Part shown: in pieces, positions 58,702 through 64,000 of the stretch | Position numbering within the stretch: position 1 is the stretch's first letter | How the letters are laid out: every line of letters begins with the position of its first letter | Assembly (NCBI GenBank): GCA_020184695.1 | Contig: JAANOX010000207.1 | Span: 1 to 64,000, forward strand | DNA: 64,000 bases | Reading direction: 5' to 3' | Source: Histomonas meleagridis 2922-C6/04-290x | Taxonomy: Eukaryota; Protista; Parabasalia | Made by a program: the position numbers and the translations under genes | The notes under the pieces: generated by a model | Told to the model about the DNA's origin: nothing | The model's database searches: none | The model's input: only the letters and a program-made list of their open reading frames with translations

Positions 58702-60396
58702 TTATTTACTTGATAAAGCAGCTTCAACAATTCGTACTTCTTTTTCAGTTATATTTTTCTTATTTAACAGCCTAATATAAGGTGCCTTCCATAATGCGCC
58801 GGTAATTATTCCATATCCCTCAATCTCAATATAAATGCCTCCAGTTTGCATATTAGACATATCCCTAATGATCCCTTCTGATAAATGTTGGATTTCGATT
58901 CTGTTCTGTGACGCAACGATAGCCTTGAAGCCGTTTAACGATAGCGTCAAAACTCTTTTTGATGGGTTTCGCATCGCAGCGGGAATTGTCTCCACAGAAG
59001 GGATTGGCGCTTCTTCCGGATACTTCACTGCGTATGAAAAAGCCTTTTGTCCGATGAAACATATTTTTAACTTGGATATATCAAGACCATTTAAAAATTG
59101 AAGTAAATTATCACTAATATAGAAAACATTAGCTATGTTCAAGGTCTCTTGTGAGAGGAAGTTCATAGTTCTGATTTCTTCATTTAAACCAAAGAAATTA
59201 ATATAATTATCTATTATTGATACATCTGTTACAGTATATTGATCCTTTACATCAACTTCTTCATTGAGTGGATCATATGCAAAGTCATTATTTTTCTTTA
59301 AAACTGCTATAAAAATTCCATTATCATAAATTTGTTGTGGATAAAATCTCATACAATTATTAATCCCATCTACTAATTCTGCTGGAGAGATTGATGCTTC
59401 TGTTTCTTGATTAGGGTCATCGTCAAATACATCTGTTTTCCATTTTGTAAGACCTTGCTTCCTATCAATTTCAGGATACACTTCTGTACAATCAACAATT
59501 TCGACAGCTCCATCTAATGACTTAAGAACAGTGTTTATAACTGCTTCATTTTCATATGGACTGAACGAATCGGTTGTGTAAACACAATAACCGCCGACAT
59601 TCAAAAGTTGTAACGATCGAATTAACGTCTTCTTCTGAATTTGATGCATCGGAATCGAGTTATCGATTTTCCATGAGGACTCTTGGCCAGGGCTGTTATG
59701 AAGTGCTCCATCCCTAGTATTTGGAGGGTTGCAAAGTATTTTATCAAACTTTGATGGAAATTCGGGAATCTTTTCTGGTGGATATGATATGGTAACAAGT
59801 TTAGAGGTGTCACCATTGATTTTATTACGTTGCTTTTTAATGTCTGTTATATTGGAAACAATAACTCCAGATGAAATTTGATCAAGAATGAATTGCGTTG
59901 AAACACCTTCTTTTTGGTTGATAATAAGAACATTGTCTGTTGGCTGGATAGGAAGAAATAGACATGGAAGAAATTCAGTGAATTCTGCTCGTAAAACTGT
60001 GTTGTTTTCTTGATTCTTAACAAGCCAATCTCGGTATGGCTCGATTTGTGGATTCTTTTGAAAAACACGTTGAGGAACAAAAACGCGTGCAAACGTACCA
60101 AGAGAAGGATCAATGTATTCTAAAATTGATGCATCAATTTGTTCTTCATTTAATAATTCTATATTCTTTTTTAATTCATCAATAAGAACAGGATATTCTT
60201 CTACTTTAGGAGAGATCCTGAAAAATTGTGGACGAAATGTTGATTGGAAATGAAGCATATCTTCAAATTCAGTTCTTGTTAAATTTTGTGAAATGAGCAA
60301 TTTTCTATAAAATCGTATAAAATCCTGATTTCCAAATGTTTCTGTAATTGGTTTCTTTGTGTAATCATCGCGATGATATTTTCTTCCTTTTTTCAT
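58702..60396 (-). CDS. NSUN2/Trm4-like RNA m5C methyltransferase homolog lacking both catalytic cysteines
   Basis: Fold landmarks: QFFRIS, FDKILCNPPNTRDG, LLNVGGYCVYTTDSFSPYENEAVI, MRFYP...GIFIAVLKK. First ATG at 60396. Confidence 0.8.
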   Translation of the reverse strand: MKKGRKYHRDDYTKKPITETFGNQDFIRFYRKLLISQNLTRTEFEDMLHFQSTFRPQFFRISPKVEEYPVLIDELKKNIELLNEEQIDASILEYIDPSLGTFARVFVPQRVFQKNPQIEPYRDWLVKNQENNTVLRAEFTEFLPCLFLPIQPTDNVLIINQKEGVSTQFILDQISSGVIVSNITDIKKQRNKINGDTSKLVTISYPPEKIPEFPSKFDKILCNPPNTRDGALHNSPGQESSWKIDNSIPMHQIQKKTLIRSLQLLNVGGYCVYTTDSFSPYENEAVINTVLKSLDGAVEIVDCTEVYPEIDRKQGLTKWKTDVFDDDPNQETEASISPAELVDGINNCMRFYPQQIYDNGIFIAVLKKNNDFAYDPLNEEVDVKDQYTVTDVSIIDNYINFFGLNEEIRTMNFLSQETLNIANVFYISDNLLQFLNGLDISKLKICFIGQKAFSYAVKYPEEAPIPSVETIPAAMRNPSKRVLTLSLNGFKAIVASQNRIEIQHLSEGIIRDMSNMQTGGIYIEIEGYGIITGALWKAPYIRLLNKKNITEKEVRIVEAALSSK

Positions 60397-60572
60397 TTCA
60401 GAACTAAACAAAGCTCTGTCAATTTCATACCGAACAAAGCATATTTCACATCACATGTCAATAAAATAATGAAAACAATTAAAATGCATTAATTTTTAGC
60501 TATAATATTGAAAAATAGAGTGTCCTTAAGATACATAATAATTTATCAAAAAAGGAAAAAAATAATTTAAAT

Positions 60573-60995
60573 TTATTGCATGTCAGAAATAATATTTGTA
60601 ACAATATCTCTAAAATGGAAGTAACTCATTTCATATATAATACTATATCTCTTTTCAAACCATGATGATATTTCATCACATAAAAATATAATTGAAGGAT
60701 TATTTTCATTCATTTCACGAGCAGCACCAACGACGGCGTCAATATCTGCTTTCCATTCCTCCACCTTATTATATTTACTTTTATAAATTGATTCTCTAAT
60801 TTTCGTGAATGAGTTTTTATCATGAGAAATTGTTGAAATTCCAGTAGAAGAAGGCTTACACAACAACTCGTCCATGATCTCTACTGCCATTGATCGTAAG
60901 GCTGGCGTCCAACCTCCTTCTTCGAGAGCTTTTGACGTTTGCATTCTGTAAACGTTTTCAAAGGGTAGCACGTTACCGGCGAACGTTAACATCAT
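60573..60995 (-). CDS. divergent bromodomain-like protein
   Basis: SFTKIRESIYKSKYNKVEEWKADIDAVVGAAREMN matches bromodomain helices A/B with the conserved Asn. Start uncertain (60995 or 60944). Confidence 0.55.
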   Translation of the reverse strand: MMLTFAGNVLPFENVYRMQTSKALEEGGWTPALRSMAVEIMDELLCKPSSTGISTISHDKNSFTKIRESIYKSKYNKVEEWKADIDAVVGAAREMNENNPSIIFLCDEISSWFEKRYSIIYEMSYFHFRDIVTNIISDMQ

Positions 60996-61040
60996 CGGCA
61001 ATCCATTCAATTTCTTTCGTTTGACAAAGTATAATTAACA

Positions 61041-63314
61041 ATGCATACGTTAAAGAAGAAGAAGAGTTCAGAGAACTCTTTAAGTCTTATTGGGAAGCAC
61101 ATAACAATAAATGGCATACAGATATATGTTAACGAAAAAATAGCAGATGGAGGATATGGATTTATTTTTAAGGCAACAGACTCGTCACATAAAGTGTACG
61201 CGTTAAAGTCATTACAAGCCCCAGATGCAGAACATTTCAACCAAATTATGAACGAGTTTAAGATTCATCAGATATGTTGTAAACATCCAAATGTCGTGAA
61301 CGTTTATGGCGTTACATCAAATGAATCAAATGGAACAGCATTAATTTTAATGGAATATTGTCCACAATCATTAATTCACGAAATGAATCGTTGTTATGGA
61401 CAAGGATTTACAACACAAAAAATTATCGAAATATTTCAGTCTGTTTGCGCTGCTGTGGATTTCATGCACAGTCAATCGCCGCCAATAATTCATCGAGATC
61501 TTAAGCCAGAAAATGTACTTCTTTCAAATGGTGTATGGAAACTTTGCGATTTCGGATCCGCTACAACACATATTTATGACCTCGATGCACATCCTGAAGA
61601 GATGAACATGGCACAGAATGATATTGAGAAGAACACAACACAACTTTATCGATCTCCAGAAATGTGCGATTTATATCGATCACAAAAAATTTCGACAAAA
61701 TCAGATGTTTGGGCTCTCGGGTGTGTTCTGTATAAACTTTGTACATTTAAAGACGCATTTAACGAAGGTAATAATTTGCAGATATTAAATAAGAAATATT
61801 TCTGGCCCGATAATCAAAACATTGATCCAAAGTTAAAAGAGCTCGTTGAATATTGTTTCGAAGTTAACCCTGAAAAAAGACCTACTGCAAGACAATTGTT
61901 GGGGAAAATGTATTCTTTGTTCCCTCACTATGCAGATAAGAAATGGTGCATTAGCGAAGATATACCTCAGCCTAAGAGACATAGGGAAAGGAAAGTCCAT
62001 AAATCTTATGGCGGTCCTTTGACTGTTAGTAATGAAGATGATGACATAGAAATAACTTTCAGCCCAAAGCCTTGCTTAAAGGCCTCTTCTAGTGCTACAA
62101 ACTTTGGTCTAGCTAATAATACAAGTTATCAGCCTTCGATACTTGACAATAGCTTTGCAATGCAAGATCCGTTTGCGACTTATCAGCATAGATTATATCC
62201 TCAGCAACAATTACCTGATCCATTTCAGCGACAGCAGCAGCAAATACCAGATCCATTTCAGCAACAGCAACAATTGTCTGATCCATTCCAGGCACAACAA
62301 CAGCAACAACAAGGATTTGATATGTTTTCATCGAATAATAATCAGCAAATTAATTCCGACATCAATCAAATGATGTATCAGGGTGCACCAAATAACGGTT
62401 ACGGTTTTTTGCCTCAAAATTCACTGCAAAATTCAGGAACTTTGTTTGATCTTCTTTCAAATAATAATAACCAACAATTTAATCAGCCAATTGAAAATAA
62501 TTATAATAACTTTAACCAACAACAAAATAATGGTTTTATTGATATTTCAATATCACAACCTAACCCACAGACACAACCAAAAACTATTCCTCCAAAAGAA
62601 GAAAAACTACAAAATTCATCAAATGAATTTATGTCAATAATTGAAACAGATTCAACAACTGAAAATTATGTTGATTCAAATCGAATGTTAAATGATCAAT
62701 TAAATTTAATTTATGATTTGTTAAAAATGTCAGAAAAAACAATGAAATCAAATATCGAACATTTATTTTTTAAGAATCAATCGGCATTTTATCCATTTGC
62801 AATACAATTAATACATGAAAGTAAGAATAAAGTTGCAAATGTTCTTGGTTATATACCAAAAACAGGTGATGAATCATATGTTTTATTATTTAATTCAAGA
62901 ACTAATTTACAAAATAAAGTTCCACAATTTGAAGGGAATATGTCTCTTGTTAACTTTTTAAAGCATAACAGTATTCAACCTGGTACACCACCAATATGTG
63001 TTGATACAATAAAACTACTTCAAAATCATTTATCAGTTGTGATTAAAGTACTTTGTATTAAACATAGGAAAGAAGTTGCTATCGAAGGATACTTAACATA
63101 TCAAGTAACTGCTTTCCTAATTGCAAAATTAAAACAATTCAAAATTAATGTTAATTTTATTGATGCGGTATCAATTCCTTTGTTAAAAAATCAATATAGT
63201 CAACTCAAAAAAGTTGAGCCTATGATTCAAGGAGGTCCTCAGTTCCCAAGGGAGTTCTTTAACTTCGATGACCCTCAATTCCTGAAAAGAATCAGACCTC
63301 CAGCACCGAAGTAA
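61041..63314 (+). CDS. NAK-family (AAK1/GAK/Ark1-like) Ser/Thr kinase with Gln-rich DPF repeats
   Basis: IADGGYG, YALK, HRDLKPENVL, KLCDFGSAT, TTQLYRSPEM, KSDVWALG; four DPF motifs in a Q-rich linker; helical C-terminal domain. Confidence 0.88.
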   Translation: MHTLKKKKSSENSLSLIGKHITINGIQIYVNEKIADGGYGFIFKATDSSHKVYALKSLQAPDAEHFNQIMNEFKIHQICCKHPNVVNVYGVTSNESNGTALILMEYCPQSLIHEMNRCYGQGFTTQKIIEIFQSVCAAVDFMHSQSPPIIHRDLKPENVLLSNGVWKLCDFGSATTHIYDLDAHPEEMNMAQNDIEKNTTQLYRSPEMCDLYRSQKISTKSDVWALGCVLYKLCTFKDAFNEGNNLQILNKKYFWPDNQNIDPKLKELVEYCFEVNPEKRPTARQLLGKMYSLFPHYADKKWCISEDIPQPKRHRERKVHKSYGGPLTVSNEDDDIEITFSPKPCLKASSSATNFGLANNTSYQPSILDNSFAMQDPFATYQHRLYPQQQLPDPFQRQQQQIPDPFQQQQQLSDPFQAQQQQQQGFDMFSSNNNQQINSDINQMMYQGAPNNGYGFLPQNSLQNSGTLFDLLSNNNNQQFNQPIENNYNNFNQQQNNGFIDISISQPNPQTQPKTIPPKEEKLQNSSNEFMSIIETDSTTENYVDSNRMLNDQLNLIYDLLKMSEKTMKSNIEHLFFKNQSAFYPFAIQLIHESKNKVANVLGYIPKTGDESYVLLFNSRTNLQNKVPQFEGNMSLVNFLKHNSIQPGTPPICVDTIKLLQNHLSVVIKVLCIKHRKEVAIEGYLTYQVTAFLIAKLKQFKINVNFIDAVSIPLLKNQYSQLKKVEPMIQGGPQFPREFFNFDDPQFLKRIRPPAPK

Positions 63315-64000
63315 AACATTTTTCTCAAATAAAATTAGGTAATGTTTGAATTTATACTTTTGTGAATGGTTTCATTATTAAAAGATTGATCTAATTTTTA
63401 TAAATAATTATTAGTGATAAAAAAAAAATCAACAAAATTAATGTTTTTTTTAAGAAACAATATGCGAAAAATCAATGGTTAATTCTTAATGTTTTCATTT
63501 ATTAAAAATCATTTGTATGCGTATTCCAATACAAGACCAATACTACCTTTCAAAAACAATCAAAATATTAAATAATATTAAATATTTGGTTGTAAAAGGC
63601 CTTAAATTCATTCATTGCATTCAAAAGAGATTAGACTAAACCGATCATTTTCTACTCAAAAACAACTTTTTCATAGAAATTTCTATTTGCTCAGAAACGC
63701 TGGTTTTTTATTAATGTCTATCGGTTTTACCTTATCTTCCTGTAAACAAATTAATGGGGAATACGGACTCTCTACCATTTCTATATGATAAAAGCATTAA
63801 AATTTTAATGGATGAAAAAATTCCTGAAGATAGCGAGTACTGGAAAAGTATTTTACTTTCACAAATAGCATATGGAACAGAAACATCACTTCGTTCTATT
63901 TTCCCCAAAATATATTCACTTGAACCTAGTAACATTAAAACCATGCTTCATTTATCAGTTTTTTATTTAAATGATTATATTCATAGAACAAACTTAGATC

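Overview
AT-rich, gene-dense eukaryotic DNA that is almost certainly from a parabasalid (trichomonad) protist. This is inferred from a BspA-type LRR surface protein, DUF3447-ankyrin genes, a Cpn10 with a hydrogenosomal-type presequence, several Rabs, Inr/CCTTT/AACGG promoter motifs and essentially intron-free genes. About 25 protein genes are supportable: housekeeping, trafficking and surface proteins. There are also a few pseudogene fragments, two minisatellites, a decayed ISXO2-like (IS1595/Merlin) transposase between 111-bp direct repeats with a ~790-bp perfect (TAT)n, and a 1-kb TIR/TSD element. The strongest signal is in three separate DUF3447-ankyrin genes (17.8-20.7 kb, 46.9-49.5 kb, 52.9-57.5 kb). 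In each, the ankyrin repeats are encoded as stop-free modules, nearly all 90 nt. The modules are separated at the same point of the beta-hairpin by AT-rich spacers. I counted 41 spacers by hand: 28 are exactly 80 nt despite strong sequence divergence. They break the frame, often carry stops, and have no GT-AG boundaries, which suggests an unconventional splicing or ribosomal-bypass mechanism. Other points of interest are catalytically dead NSUN2-like and ADA-like domains and a candidate pseudoknotted ncRNA. All family assignments are by motif recognition only; no searches were run.
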